64,000 nt of DNA from Balanoglossus misakiensis (lineage: Eukaryota; Animalia; Hemichordata). A model generated the notes under the pieces. That model was not told the DNA's origin. It saw only the letters and a list, made by a program, of their open reading frames with translations, and did no database searches. Where the stretch lies: NCBI GenBank assembly GCA_040954595.2, contig CM082598.2, positions 7,579,097 to 7,643,096 of the forward strand, written 5' to 3'. Both the position numbers and the translations under genes were made by a program. This document shows, one piece after another, positions 1 to 14,834 of the stretch (positions are counted from its first letter, which is position 1; every line of letters begins with the position of its first letter).

Positions 1-1380
1 TGGTGACATAGACGAGAAATATATTCCCTAAGTAGGCAATGAGTTGTGAAACATGGCACCAAGTGATTGTTGTGGGGGGAAAGATTGACACCTATATCTC
101 ACAGCATACAGCTACATGTATGGTGACATAGACGAGAAATATATTCCCTAAGTAGGCAATGAGTTGTGAAACATGGCACCAAGTGATTGTTGTGGGGGGA
201 AAGATTGACACCTATATAACTCACAGCATACAGCTGCATGTATGGTGACATAGATGAGAAATATATTCCCTAAGTGGGCAATGAGTTGCGAAACATGGCA
301 CCAAGTGATTGTTGTGGGGGGAAAGATTGACACCTATATAACTCACAGCATACAGCTTCATGTATCGTGACATAGACGAGAAATATATTCCCTAAGTGGG
401 CAATGAGTTGCGAAACATGGCACCAAGTGATTGTTGTGGGGGGGGGGGGAAAGATTGACACCTATATAACTCACAGCATACAGCGTCATGTATCGTGACA
501 TAGACGAGAAATATATTCCCTAAGTGGGCAATGAGTTGTGAAACGTGGCACCAAGTGATTGTTGTGGGGGGAAAGATTGACACCTATATAACTCACAGCA
601 TACAGCTTCATGTATCGTGACATAGACGAGAAATATATTCCCTAAGTGGGCAATGAGTTGCGAAACGTGGCACCAAGTGATTGTTGTGGGGGGAAAGATT
701 GACACCTATATAACTCACAGCATACAGCTTCATGTATCGTGACATAGACGAGAAATATATTCCCTAAGTGGGCAATGAGTTGCGAAACGTGGCACCAAGT
801 GATTGTTGTGGGGGAAAAGATTGACACCTATATAACTCACAGCATACAGCTTCATGTATCGTGACATAGACGAGAAATATATTCCCTAAGTGGGCAATGA
901 GTTGCGAAACGTGGCACCAAGTGATTGTTGTGGGGGGAAAGATTGACACCTATATAACTCACAGCATACAGCTTCATGTATCGTGACATAGACGAGAAAT
1001 ATATTCCCTAAGTGGGCAATGAGTTGCGAAACGTGGCACCAAGTGATTGTTGTGGGGGGAAAGATTGACACCTATATAACTCACAGCATACAGCTTCATG
1101 TATCGTGACATAGACGAGAAATATATTCCCTAAGTGGGCAATGAGTTGCGAAACGTGGCACCAAGTGATTGTTGTGGGGGAAAAGATTGACACCTATATA
1201 ACTCACAGCATACAGCTACATGTATGGTGACATAGACGAGAAATATATTCCCTAAGTAGGCAATGAGTTGTGAAACATGGCACCAAGTGATTGTTGTGGG
1301 GGGAAAGATTGATACCTATATAACTCACAGCATACAGCTACATGTATGGTGACATAGACAAGACATATATTACCTAAGTG
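1..1380. repeat. 122-bp tandem satellite, ~11 copies, open at window start
   Basis: Unit TGGTGACATAGACGAGAAATATATTCCCTAAGT...CAGCATACAGCT recurs every ~122 bp; the ORF track repeats with the same period. Confidence 0.97.
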
Positions 1381-4032
1381 CGCAAAGTCTATTCCATTGT
1401 GTTACTAGTATTTTGTTTGATTTGATTTTGCCAAGTGGATTATAACTTCAGATACAGTCAAGTACACACTACCAGAACTGATTTGATGGTTGAATCATAC
1501 AATTGTATATTTCACCTCAACTTATGCAATAAATTAATGAATACAATGTGTGGTAGGTCATCTAACATGAGCATGTCACTAACAAATTTATCATTGAGTT
1601 TCAAATCCCAAGTAACTGTGGACTTATATAGTTTATCTCCCAGATGAAATTTTTTATCTAAATCTGCTCCTGTCGTAAGGTTGCTTTGTTAAGACATACT
1701 AAAGGAAATGATTGCATTGCATGTACACTGTGTGCCTCTGGATGAAAGACCAATCTGTGTACTTCATTGATGGGTACTACCACACGTTGTTCTGTCGAGC
1801 TCATAATTTGTGTAATGGGTACCCTCCAAAAATACATATGGAAGCACCCTAAAAATCAAATAGTTAAAAGCGCTGTTTATCAAAAAATGCTCACTATCCA
1901 ACATGATCCAACCACAATAACCCCATTGACCTACAGTCAGTTGTTTTAATTAGTTATTTGTATGTAAGCTGTACACACCTCTTGCCATTCCAAGGCTCCA
2001 TGCCAAACAACACTTTTCTGTTGTTGTTGTTGTTGTTGTGGATCAACTTGCTGCTGGCGAGTCTAACTTGATACACTTGAGCTGTAGAGGGCACTCGTAT
2101 GTCCAGATCCATCAGTAGTGAAGTACTGGTATTAGCCTGTGATAACACATACAAATCATGACTGTAAATAATTCTTTAATATCAATCACATGATCTGGCC
2201 ATGTGATCCAAAGCATTGTCATTTCCAGGTAACGGGCAAACAATATTTTGGTATCCCGTAAAAGATTTTTCTGGATGTGTTTGTACTTTAGAACCACCAG
2301 AAAGGTAACATGTATCAGGCATGGTGCCTCAACAGCATCTTGGCATTCATCTTCACAGTCATCATTTGCACCACGTTGCTGAAATTCCCCGTTAGCTGGA
2401 AATTTGAATGTCAACGGAACTGCGTCTGATGTCATTGATATCAAAGAAAATCTTTATCTACTGGTCATCCAATGTCCTCAGTTAAGACATCAAGCTGCCA
2501 TCTTCTCATGTCATGTTAGGTAACAAATTATCCAAATGCAGTTCTATTGAAATACTGAAAAGTGATAAAATGACACTTGCCAGGCAAAAGGGATAGGTGG
2601 GTATTATAACTCAGCTCATAACATAACATACCAATGACTGGTTTTGTACATGTACTTGTGGCTGTGTCAGAGTTGGAACAACATTGGTGCCAGTGGTGAT
2701 AGGTGGATTCTTGCTGCCGCTCACATTAGGTACTGTGGGTGTGTTGACTGCACTCCTGTTCGCATCGTTGACTGCATACCTGCTGATAAGTAAACACAGT
2801 AGTATTAAAACGTTAATAACTCCAACGTTAACTTTGGATAACAGCTGTGATGTCTTATTCTACTCTGTAAAACATTAAGAATTTACTCAGAGTTTTGTAT
2901 TCAAACAAAGGCGTTTCGTATATTGATCAGCATTGTTATTGTTGAAAAATGAATTCTAGTCTTCCAGTTCATTTATCAATAATATTAACAATGGCCATTA
3001 CTCATGTACATGTTTTGTTGAGAAGCTAAAGACTGAACATTTCATAAAGCTATCCAGAGCAAAACATGAAACTAGGGGTTTTTCCTTGGGTGAAAAATAC
3101 TGAAAAAAGCAAATGTTACTTGGGCTTTAGCAGTTTGCAAAAGTATCAAAAAAAATTCCATGACACTGGCGTTTTATACCATTGATTGGGGAATATGAAA
3201 AGGGAACTTGAATATTTTTTTCCGCAGGTTTTGGTAAAGTATAATCAACTAATGGTAAATGACTGCCATGGCAACATAACATATATGACCAGTGACAGTC
3301 AAAACTGTGTTTGTGGCCACCTCTATTATAGTGGCAACTTTGTTTCATTTCATGTACATGTACATTGCACATTTATTGACCAGTCTATAGAAGCCACCTG
3401 TCTAGCATAAATGCCAGTTTAAGAATGTCCCTAGACTGGCCAGTATAGACAGGTTTGACTGTACCTACCTCTTTGTGGCTGTGAATCAGTACCTGGCCAT
3501 TTCTGTCGTGACTGTGAGTTGATAGGATTCACAGCAGCAATTGGTGGTGTCTTACTGAACTGACTAGCATTTGCCATTTGCATGACACCCTCTGTGGCTT
3601 TCAGTGCAGCAGCTGGTGCATGCTGGGAAGTCATCTTTGGTGGTGAAGTTGCCTGTCTAAAAGGAGTAACAAACCTAGTTACTATGAAGCATTATCAATG
3701 CCAGTATTCAAAACCCAATTTTAAATTCATGACTTCAATTTTTGATTCGATGTTGAGCTTGCAACTCTCAAAGTCCTATTTTCAACACACATACCCACAT
3801 TAGGGCTTATCAACATTAATCACATTAAAAATTGAATTTGATCACTGAGTCTCTGGCATTATCCAAAAGAGTCTTTGCATTCACAGAGTGGGTTTCTAGC
3901 AACCAAAACAGAAGTTTTGAATGTGTTTTGAAACAATAGTTTACTGTATAGAAAATGGTAACACAAGGCTATGTGAAACAGTCATAAAAAGCTTTCAATT
4001 CACAGGATGGGTAACTAGAAACAGCTAATTTA

Positions 4033-4970
4033 CCGTATATTCTCACAAATAAGCGCCACCCTTGATTAGGCGCCAGTGATACCTGACTTTGCTACTTTTT
4101 ACTTAAAATTAAGCGCCAGGATTTTTTTTTTTTTTGAGGTGTGGACGTACGTGAATCATGGCAAGTACTACCGGGGTAACACCTGTTTAGGGGTCTTGTC
4201 AAAATCAACGGGGGCTTGCTGCGTGAATAATAATTGACCTGAGCAGACAATGCATGCTTTGGGCTGATGTGCTATTTATTTACAAGATGAAATCGGGCAC
4301 ATGTCAACCTCCTAATTTATGTAAATTATTATTCACTGCAAAAGACACAGGTGCCGTGCGTCTAGACACTCGTCTTTTTCCTGTCGATCGATCGGCAGCC
4401 GCTTACGTTACCGGCACTACCACCCAAGTTTGACCATATGGCCAGGGCTTTGAAATAATAGGACTAGTTTCAAGTTGTGAATGTTTGCAGTATTAATTTT
4501 CTCATGAATATTCACGCAACGTGAGTATTCACGCAACCTTGCCTGACCTTACATGTGTGAGAGCATGACAAAGACGCACTTGGACTAAACCACTATACGT
4601 CAGTAGATTTTGTTGATGGTTCAGCCAGCATACTGTAATGCTGCTCGTAGTATTCACTTCGTTGACAACTTTTTATTTCTGGAATATTTATTAGACAATA
4701 CATTGAACTGACTGTATTCGAATAGAAAATGTTAAAACTTTACATATGAATTCGAAACAGCCATTCATTCATTGCGGACACCCCCTTACGAGAACACTGA
4801 TTGGAACGTCCCAAATCATTTGCATATGAATCAACAGGGTACAGTACAGTATACAGGGCGACCCATGAATAAGCGCCACCGATTCTTGAAAGACTCATTT
4901 TTGCCTTTGTTTAGGCGCCACCAAAATTTGAAATGGTTAAAAAGTGGCGCTTATTTGTGAGAATATACGG
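4033..4970. mobile_element. Non-autonomous Tc1/mariner/pogo-type element
   Basis: TIR CCGTATATTCTCACAAATAAGCGCCA ... TGGCGCTTATTTGTGAGAATATACGG, flanked by TA on both sides; no ORF. Confidence 0.85.
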
Positions 4971-5485
4971 TAAATCACATAGACCACAACTGTACCTGAG
5001 TGGACAAAATTGTCTCATGGGGAGACTTGAAACAGTCACATTGGGTTGTTGTGTCCTGTTTGCTGTGACAGTGGATACTGGTTGGTTTGGTAAACTGGTA
5101 GGCTGGGCAAAAGGCATTGATGACCTTTGACATTGGCCCTGCATCTGTTGAGAGGATGACAGATGTTGTGGAGACGGACTTCCAATTTGACTTGGTTGTC
5201 CAGGTGACAGATGACTTGGTGTGGCACCTGCAGTAAAAATATCTAGTTGATTTATTTATATACTGTAAAACGGGAAATTTCTGTGACAGGAAATGTTCGC
5301 ATATCAAAGGAGACAGCTGTTACGCTACACTTAAATTTTGCATTCTCATATTTCACTAACTGCACCAATATCCTTGACCTTGGCCCTGCATCTGGGGTTG
5401 ACTTGGTTTAGTCAGTTTCTGATCACAAAGGGCTATATAACTTTAACTCATATCGTACTTAAGATCAACACGGCAATACTCTTAA

Positions 5486-5833
5486 AGGGACAAAGTCTCT
5501 CTTTCGCTGCCCTTTTTTCCATTAATTATATTTGATACAAGACACCGTTTGTTATTCTACATGTGGGTATATAGTGAATGAACATTCAACCGCACACAAC
5601 TTCCATCCCTCTTATAGACAGGAGAGTGAAAAGACTCGCCAAAATGAATAATCGTTCTTTACCATTTATTCATTTTGGGCGAGTATTTACTCTCATATCA
5701 TACAAGTGGGAAGGAAGTTTTGTGTGGTTGAACATTGATTCACTATATATCCACATGTACATTGACATAAACAGTGTCTTGTATCAAACATAATTAATGG
5801 TAAAAAGGGCAGCGAGAGAGAGACTTTGTCCCT
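5486..5833. mobile_element. TTAA-targeting MITE (Kolobok-like), near-palindromic
   Basis: TTAA|AGGGACAAAGTCTCTC...GAGAGACTTTGTCCCT|TTAA; long internal inverted symmetry; related copies at 8380/15340-15651 and ~58420-58730. Confidence 0.85.
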
Positions 5834-8486
5834 TTAATAATTCTACTACATGTATATCTCACACTTCACTTGGTGGTCTAATTATGTGCGGACTTAAATT
5901 GACAATGGCTGGGAAGCAACACTGGAGACTTTACCTGGAGATGAACTTCCAACAGTCGAATTGAGAGGATTTGATGTCATACCAGAGCTAGGCCCTGTAA
6001 CCATGGTAACTGTTTGCAGGTTTCAGTGGCTGTGTTGTGGTAGTGGTTGTAGACACTGAAGTGGTTACCATGATTGTAGGTTTCACTATTGCAACCGCTT
6101 TTGTATCACCACTTGACACAGATTTTTCTGAAACACAATCATTACAAAAATGGAGGATTATACAGTTTATGTGAAATTCTGCTGTGGATTCACACAATGT
6201 CACTAAACTTGTCTTGAACCTGTACCAGTGTTTCATCCAGGATGCATCCATGGAAACTGATTGCCCACCTACCAACAATTTTCAGGAGGATGCGTAATTC
6301 ATTGGCCAGGCATTGAAATGATGGGGAATAATAGGCTGGCTTGTGAAAGTACTGCAACAGAATACACTGCATCACTCGCGACAATAACTTCCATAAGCCT
6401 CAGATCGTGTGCAGAGGTCATGAAGTTCTGTCATATTTAGTATTAGCCAACCAGGAGCGCATAATAATACGTGATGTGTAATAAATATTAATAAATATAT
6501 TACAACCATTTTATGGAAGTACCAATTTAGAATAATGAAAATCTTAACAAACCACAAAATGATGAATTGGTTGTAAATGACCACGTAAACAGGTTATATA
6601 TTTGACCAGTGAACTTTAGAATCTAGATGGTATGATTGCAAATATTTGCATAGCAACAGATACCTACCTGCAAGTTGATAACCTTTGAGAAGTATCATGT
6701 GGTGTGGATCAGCCGCATAATCCTTAATAGGTACCATCTGTACTTCACCATATGCTTTGTCGTTAAGTTTTTGGAGTTCAGGCAGTTTGCGGGGTGATAT
6801 GATTGAGAAATGGACTCCTCTCTGTGAAAATACAACATTTGCTAAGAATCGAAATTTGGCATTCACATGTGAAGTCGTTAATGATGCGACAACTACAATT
6901 CAAACTTTAAAACAAAAGAGTTTTTGAGGCTTGAGTTCTTGTCATCTTTTTGAAGACAATCTGAACATTGAGCATTCCTCATCTTTACTGAAAATTTAGT
7001 TGCCCCCAGCAAATATACAAGTTCAATTTAATAATCACATACATACTAGAAAATGTTCCCAAAACGATGCATTTAGATATAAAACACATTTCAATCAATC
7101 AAAGTTTATTATAAAACCAGAATCCAAGAAAATATAGCTGTTCAATGGGGCTTAGTGTTTTTTTTCATCTTCCCTTGTCAGGTTGATATGACTATTGTTA
7201 GTATGCATTGTTGTATGAAATGTTTTACATCGCTTACTTACCTCACCCAACATGGCAGCCAATTGTTCTGCAGTCAATCCACTGTAATTAATACTATCTT
7301 GACTTGGCAAGGGATATGGAGGAGAGTTGCAGATCAATATACAATGTTTCTGTTCTTGTGTGCTGTATACAAAGAGAAGATAAAACAATATTTTGTTATT
7401 GGCAGTATTGTCAGTCAGTGTTTTTTTAACCCTTCCACCCCAATTTCCAACCTTATCATAGAAAACAATGCTGTTGGACTGAACCATAGTGATGATCAGG
7501 GTAATGTAACCAGGGTTCCCCAGTCATTTTGTTAGCATTCCTTATGGTACCATAAATGCAGTCATATTAATGGTAAGACAGGTGTTACATGGGGTTCCAA
7601 AATCACTTATTGCCCCCCCCCCCCCAACAATAGCCAAAATACTGTCAGTGTTATCCAAATTCTTATTTCACACCTGTTACAACTTACAAAGTATCTGTCG
7701 CAGTCATTTTATACTCTTTTAGTATTTAGGATCTGTTATCGATGATATAATCACCTCTGATCATATATAGACTAGATTGCATGTAAAGCTCAACAGAATA
7801 TTATTGAAGGTCAGAATGCTTTTGATGAGGAAACAACACACCAACTGCGAGATTATATCTTCTTCAGAAAATACAATCATTTTTATGTTAGTCAAGATAC
7901 TTTGCAACTGGTGTATTGTTCTTTTATCAAAAGCATTCTGACCTTCTATATTACTGTAAAACTGATTATTTTCGTGACAGGAAATTTTTGCGATATTAAA
8001 AGAGGCAACTGCTATGCGAGGATTAATTTTCATGTTCTTGTATGTCACTGCATCTTTATCTCCGAAAAACATTTTACGCAACTTTTTATGTTCACATTTT
8101 GTTGGCTCTCGCGTATTTCGCAAAAATTAATTGCTTGCGAAAATAACCCGTTTTACACACAGCAAGCTTTCTCTTATTGTGAGTATGGCAGAGAAAGTTT
8201 TGGCTGCTGTCAAAATTTTCTGACAAAGACAGAAGGATTATGGAACTGAAAATGTTGATAATACAGTGAAACCTGTCAATGCAGACATCTCTCTAATCAG
8301 GACACCTCTCTTTTAAGGAAAGATTGTTCAAGACAAGAGTAATGGTTTGAAGAGAATATTACATGTACATTTCTGTTAAAGGGACAAAGTCTCTCCATTG
8401 GTATAGGCCTATATCCCATGCAGGGTTGGCGCTAGACTTTGCAGTTTTTTCGTGCAGTGCGCGCAACGGGTATAATTTATTTACGT

Positions 8487-9017
8487 TGTTACAGTAGACA
8501 AAACCGGGAGCACACAATGGAGAATGTGGTTCAACAACAGAATATTTAATTAAACAACTAGCCTTCTAAAATCAAAAGTCACACAAAAGAAAACGTTCAC
8601 TGCGTGTTTTTACCCTGCTCGGTCGAGGAGTTACCGAGTCCACAAAAGTCCTGGCCGAACTCAGGGCACAGAAGTCCGTTGCTGACCAAGTCCGTCATTC
8701 ACAGAAGCCAGTTGCTCACACATAATCCGTTGCTCATGAAGTCGGTTGCTCACAGAATCCAGCCCAGCTAGGTAAATTCCTAATTCCCAAGGCGATGTGG
8801 AGCTGGAGCTACGACAGCTATGTGCTCCTCCGAGTCAGTGTTGAGAAGTGTGCCTCGTGGTTGTTGTGAGAAGGCCTTTTATATGGGTGACCATCTGGTT
8901 ATTTCTAATATTTAAATGAACTACTTGAAAAGGCAGGGCCCTTTGTTATGCAAAGAAAAGCTACCCCTCTCTCGACCAAGCAACTAAACAGGGTGTGTCG
9001 TAACACCCCCCCCCCCT
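8487..9017 (-). mobile_element. 3' LTR plus polypurine tract of a truncated LTR retrotransposon
   Basis: TGTTAC...GTAACA termini (8487-9005); minus-strand TATA (ATATAAAA ~8880); adjacent C-run reads as a G-rich PPT on the minus strand; no partner LTR seen. Confidence 0.6.
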
Positions 9018-9923
9018 TGGAAAAAGTTTGAATACAATGAAAACTTCAAAAAATACAAAGTTGAATATCACAAAGTACATGTAGTAGGGAGTTCAATGCA
9101 AAATTTTAAATTCATTTTAGCTTCATTGCAGTATAAACATTTTGAAGTATAATGTGAGAGAAACAAAACAAAAATTTTCAAAGTCCGTCAAGTAGTTGAA
9201 TTACGTCAATTTAAATGTTGCGAAAAAGGGGCTTTTTTGTGAAATTTTGCCGAAAAAATGGGGAAAAAACTGCAAAATCATCATTTTTAGAGATGCCAAA
9301 TTTCAATTATATTCATTAAAAATCCATTTTTGTGGTTAAAGCTACTAGAAAGTTTATTTTCTTCAAATTTTTGCAATGTTACATGTTCAATTGTGACATC
9401 ACATTTTAGAAATCCATCTTCAAAGTTCAAAAATACTTCATTGGACTTAGTTTTTACACGCACGGCACCATGGGAAAATTACAAAATCTGTCGATTTCAA
9501 AAGTTTGTATCTCCAAAACTATGTACATAATCCTGATGAAATTTTCTGTGAAAACTGACATGTACCTGTTCTCTTAGTTTGTTAAATCATAGATCTATAA
9601 GTACTTGTAGTATTACATTTAATCCAGCTTGAAAATCACAAAAAAATCACTTTTGACTGATTATGCTATGGGTGCTAGATAAGGTTGTTTAATCTCAAGG
9701 TTTTGTCAAATTCTCACGGCTATTCAAAAACTTTGTGACAAATATTGTTGAAAGTTGGTAAGCATTTAAATACATTATGAGATGTATTAATTCCACTATT
9801 AATTTGGCATGAGAATGAGTTATTGATAAATACATGCAGAATAAACATTACAACATATACACAATCCGGAAAAGGAACACACTAGTTCAGTACAATATAG
9901 TACATTATATTATTCTTAGCGGC

Positions 9924-12900
9924 TCAAAAATACTGACGTTTAAACTGTTTGTACATGTTCTCTACTTCAGTTACATCTTTGACTGACCAGGCACGAAGCA
10001 AGGAGTCTTTTGGTTCTATGTCAATTTCTCTTAAGATAAATTTTGAGTCAATATTCGAAACATCTGCTCGTGTTGGCCATTTAAATGAATTTGTACCTGT
10101 TCGAGACAGAAAGGTTGTTGTGACATTTTGACTTCCATCAGGATTTAAGTTAATATCTTTGTTTTCACCTGCAAACCAACAATTTTCATAAGCTACAGCA
10201 ATGTACATTCCAGCTTGTAATTGTCTCTGTACACCAAATTTCTGTACTTTCCTTTTTCTTGTTCTTTTTGATGTCTTTTTGAAGTTTTTCTTGTTAAGTG
10301 CCTGTTCAGTCTCAACTTTCTTTTTTCTTAAAGTATCATTTATCTCTTTGACGAAGTCTGGTAATTCACTGTTGTTTGCATGCATTATAGTTTTTAAGTT
10401 CTCTGTCAGTTGCTTAACAGTGAGTTTTCGTCCACTGTCTTGCCACTTAGACAGCTTTTTATTTGGTAGACTATCTTTAAGGAGGGTTACTCTGTACATA
10501 ATTTGGTCTTTAAGGGCCTTTGTTTGTTCGCTTAGTTTCATTTCTTGCAGCTTCCTATCTACCTCAGGCTCATCTTCCCAAACCCCCCACTTATGTACAA
10601 TTCTCTGCTCTAACTGGTGTCTTTTCTGCTGTTTTCTCTGTTTCTGCTTTTGTTTTTTTTCCATTCTTGATTTCTGTAATTCAAGTCTCTTCTTAATAAG
10701 ATCTTTACTGTGCATGTATTCTCTTTTTTTTCTTTTTGGTGCTTGCTTACGAGCTATCCGCAAATATTTCATTTTGATATGTTGTGGCAGCTTATGAAGA
10801 TAAGCAGAAGTTTTATTACTGCTGAAACAAATGACACCAGCCTTGGCTACTCTACTCTTTTGTGGTGCATGTCTAATCTGTCTGTCAAGGTCAGAGAAAT
10901 CACTTTCTGATCGTATATTTGTCAGTGGTGCACTTTGAACCTGCTCGCACAGAATCTCAGATGGTTGACTCTCTAGCCCACCAGGGAGTTGGTTACCAAG
11001 CTGCCTTTCAATAACAGGTAGCATTGACTTGCAAAATGTTTGCAATGCATCCAATGTTAGCAAATCAAAATGCGTGTCTCGTTCTGTTGGAAACAGACTG
11101 GAATACAATTCATCTTTAGTGATGGTTGTGTCTGACAAGTAGAAGGTTTCATTCAGTAGGGGTGTTGCATCTGATGAATTATCAGCTAGGCAAGTTTTCA
11201 ATTCTAACCAATGAACATTCATGTCATAATAATGTATATCCTTTCTTTCTAACAGTCGCATTAGAGGACCAGTGATTAGTTTAGATATTATTCCAAGAGC
11301 TCTACATTCGGCCATCACAATGGATTCATCCAAAATTGCTTGAACATGACATATCAACTTATTTGTTGACCCACAACACCCAGACTTCAAGAAGTCAGAA
11401 ATATGGTGTCTGTGATGATACACAGCAGCACCTTGATGAAAAGCAACATTGAATCTATTATGTTCAAATGCTATTAAATACTGATTTTCTTTCACTTCAT
11501 TCATATATGGGGCAAAATCAGTGTAAACACCTGATTTTTGACAACCAGAGTCAGTGAAGCCTTTGCTGGTTTGATATAACAGCGCAAAACAGTGTGACTG
11601 ATTACCAAATGTTGACTTTTCTGTTTTCATCTGACTCCTGTGTTCATTTTCAAAGATTCCACATGCTGTGCTCACTGCTGTAGCCATGTTACTTAAAACA
11701 GGGAATACCACATAGAAGATGGTTTACTTTTGTCATTTCCGATTTCTCATCATCACTTAATTTATCCCAGTTTTCCTCAATGACTGGTAATAAAGTTTCT
11801 CTCAGTTCTTCCAATTTGCTCTTGTATTTTCTATTTACAACATGACGATCACTCATAATGTTTTTACTACGAAGGAGGAGTTGTGCATATATAGATAATT
11901 TATCATTATCATCCTCAGCAATGGCTTCACTGAGCTCCTGAAATGTTAGTATTGTAGCATTCATGTAGTCATCGGCACTGCCTCGCAAAAGTTCTTGAAA
12001 TCCAAGAGATAGCGAGGATTTGTTTGGAAGTGTCACTTGCAGACCAGCATAGTCAATGAATTTCTTTCTTGTGCCATCACTATGGAGGGTATTGTATTTT
12101 TCCTGTTCTAATATTTCTGTAGCAGCTTGGGCCTGTGCAACAACCAGTGCTTCTACCTGCAACATTGATGTCAGTGATTTGCTTGGCAATCGTCCAACAT
12201 CAATGTTCAGGAGATTTTTGATTACAGATTTCACAACTGATGTGCAGTTATCCACTGAAACATTATGTGATAGCAGATCATAATAGATCTGTCTTATTGT
12301 ATCTGTGTATTTTCCATTTTCAAATGTTTTTATCTGATTGTCACTCATCATCTCTGTTACTCTTTCATGCAGTTCCTGATTTTCATTTTCCAACTGCCTA
12401 ACTTGATCCCTGGCTTCTCTTAATTCTATGGACTCTTGTTTATCTGCAGACTGGGCTTTCCTTTTCCAGTAACTTTTATTCTTTTGCAGATTAGTCTTTT
12501 CCTTTACTATTTGATCCAACTTTACTTTCAATTTCTCTGCTTCCTTTGTCATTAAATTCATATCACGTACTTGATCATCAATCACTTTCTTGTGTTCCAT
12601 CTTTGATATTTTCTCATCTCTTCTTTTTAGTTTCTTTGTTACATTTCTTGGTGCTAATGATGCCAGTTTTTCTTTGAGTTGTCTGATATCAATGATCTTC
12701 TTATTATACTTCAACTTCAGCTTATCTAGTTCTTTCACCTTCTCTAACACTTCCAGCTTCTCCTGAGCTAATTCTTCCATAGCTTCACCCAACATACTTA
12801 TTTCTTGGTAACTGTCTATCAGACTGTTTGTCAAATTTCCCATCATCTTGTTTATATCTATGTTATCAGTGTCATGTTCACTTTCATGTTCAGTATTGTT

Positions 12901-13377
12901 ACTGGTGTGTGATACACTGGCAGACACCTGATGCTGTGGCAGTTTGTATAGTTGGTTCACAAAACTCTCAAGTTCACTTTGATGATTATTCATTTTCAGT
13001 TTCAAGTATTTATCGTGGAATCTTGTCCACTGTCGAGTAATTGCAGCTGGACTAAGTGCTGTTTCTACTTTCAATGACATAAACTGTCTCAGCCATTTCA
13101 AGGCATGATCCCAAGGAAGGTGGTGTGTGACAAGAACATTTCTCAATTCCAGTATATGCTTGATTTGAAGGTTAATAGTGTTGTCCTGGCTATCTGAGAA
13201 ACTGCAAGTGAGCAAAACCTGCTTGGTGATATTATTCTCACTGAAAAAATCTGACAACTTCCTCTCTGCCTGGCCTGAAATAATGGTGCTGAGTATTCCG
13301 TCTTCATTTCCTTCTCTTTCACCTTTCTCTACTCTCTTCCTAACTTGCCTTGTTAAATTACTTATTTTTGCTGGCAA
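9924..13377 (-). pseudogene. Intronless DDE transposase (~1150 aa; CxxH class, hAT/MULE/P/Kolobok-like supergroup) split by one frameshift
   Basis: Coiled-coil N-terminus, then TLHSDGT (D), IMSDRH (D), LLCGI[H]VL (CxxH, broken at ~11700), TNIRSESDF (E), basic region and a C-terminal VAYE..W...FKWP..D module; the two ORFs overlap at 11689-11711. Confidence 0.75.
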
Positions 13378-14834
13378 AATGATGTCAGGATCAAACAGTT
13401 TAATGATGTGAGGTAAAGCCTGTTGAATATTAATTCAGGTTGCCTGCAGCCCATCGTGTAAACTTAGATACAGGTTGTAGGTCAGTGGAACCTCACAATT
13501 AATATCAGCTAAAGTCTTCTGTCCTGTCACTAAGCTGTCGAGATTGTCCCTTATCTTAAGTAGTACTGTTTCCATATTTCTAATGGGGGAAAAATACAAG
13601 GTGACTGAATTTTTAAATAATTCTATGTCACTGACTCAAAAACCTACTTAAAAAATGACCCCCAAATAAAAAATAAAATTTGTTCAGTACGAATTTATCC
13701 CAGGAGAGGGCTAAATACAATAAAAGAGAAATATGAACGAATGCAAAGGGGAAAAGCAAGACTTGACTGCTGACATGAGAAGGAAAAAAAATGCTGTCAT
13801 GGCAACAACGAGCTCGCTCACCAGCTGACACTTTTGTATGCATCAACGAAAATTTACTTCAAAGCTTAGAAAACACGTCTATTTTTATTATGCTTGCAAA
13901 ATTAATAGAAGATATGTCCCTCATAACAAGCTAAATTTGGTATCGCAACATAACAAAAAGTATCGTGTTGACATCAGTGCCGTAAATATAAAAATGACAG
14001 TTCACCATTCACTCACACTACATGAAATGATAAACAAGTTTGAACTTTTTCATCGCCAAAAAATCCATTCAAATACAATCATGCTTTGAAATTTAGCATT
14101 TTATGACCTGTAGATGCAAGTTTCTATCAAACTTTTCCGTGTTTTTCGTAATTCTGTACATTTACAGCATAGAAAATGCCGAGCGCAAAAAAAAAGATCG
14201 CGTCAACATGTTTGTTGATATCCCGTTCGGCCATCTTGACCTAGTTTCGGCGGGTAATTCCCCGCGACCTCACTGACACGGAAATTTATTGCCGGTAAAA
14301 AACGGTGAGCTCGTCAGTAAAATATCATTCCCCTAATTTTTAAAACAACATGAAATGATAAAAATCCTGGATATATGCGTTTATGAATTTTACATACCGT
14401 ATTTACGAAAGAAAAAACTTGACAAAACCTTTGACCCGCGCTGATGAATATATAGTAGCAGTGATTTCTTATGAAACTCATATCATATTATAGCTTGTTT
14501 TATTGGCTATAATTTGGTGTACTGTTGAAAGACTTTCAACGATTGGCTCATCCTTTGCTTTTCCGTTTTCCGTCCGCCACCCCTCACTTTTTAGGGCCAT
14601 GCGCACAAAAGACGGCACATTGGGGGTCATCGGCGATATTTTCCAGGGGGAGTACTACTCATGCATTAACCGTACAGAAGTTTTCACATGTTCTATTGAG
14701 AGAGAATGACTCCAGTGCTTCATTATTTAGCGTAAAATTATTATTGTACGACGCCAAAAAATTGAAAAACGGCGACTTTAAAATCTCCAAAAATTTACTG
14801 TGGGGGAGAGTTCGAACGGCCGCCATATTGGATT

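Noticed and set aside
1-1380. CRISPR-like array, or the repeated 61-aa ORFs
   Set aside because: Units are contiguous near-identical repeats with no unique spacers; the ORFs are by-products of the repeat
10201-10797. 198-aa hydrophobic plus-strand ORF
   Set aside because: Antisense of the Lys-rich transposase region
8487-13377. DDE ORF as cargo of the LTR element at 8487
   Set aside because: No second LTR or PBS found; the sequence after ~9085 looks like DNA-transposon subterminal DNA, so nesting is the simpler explanation
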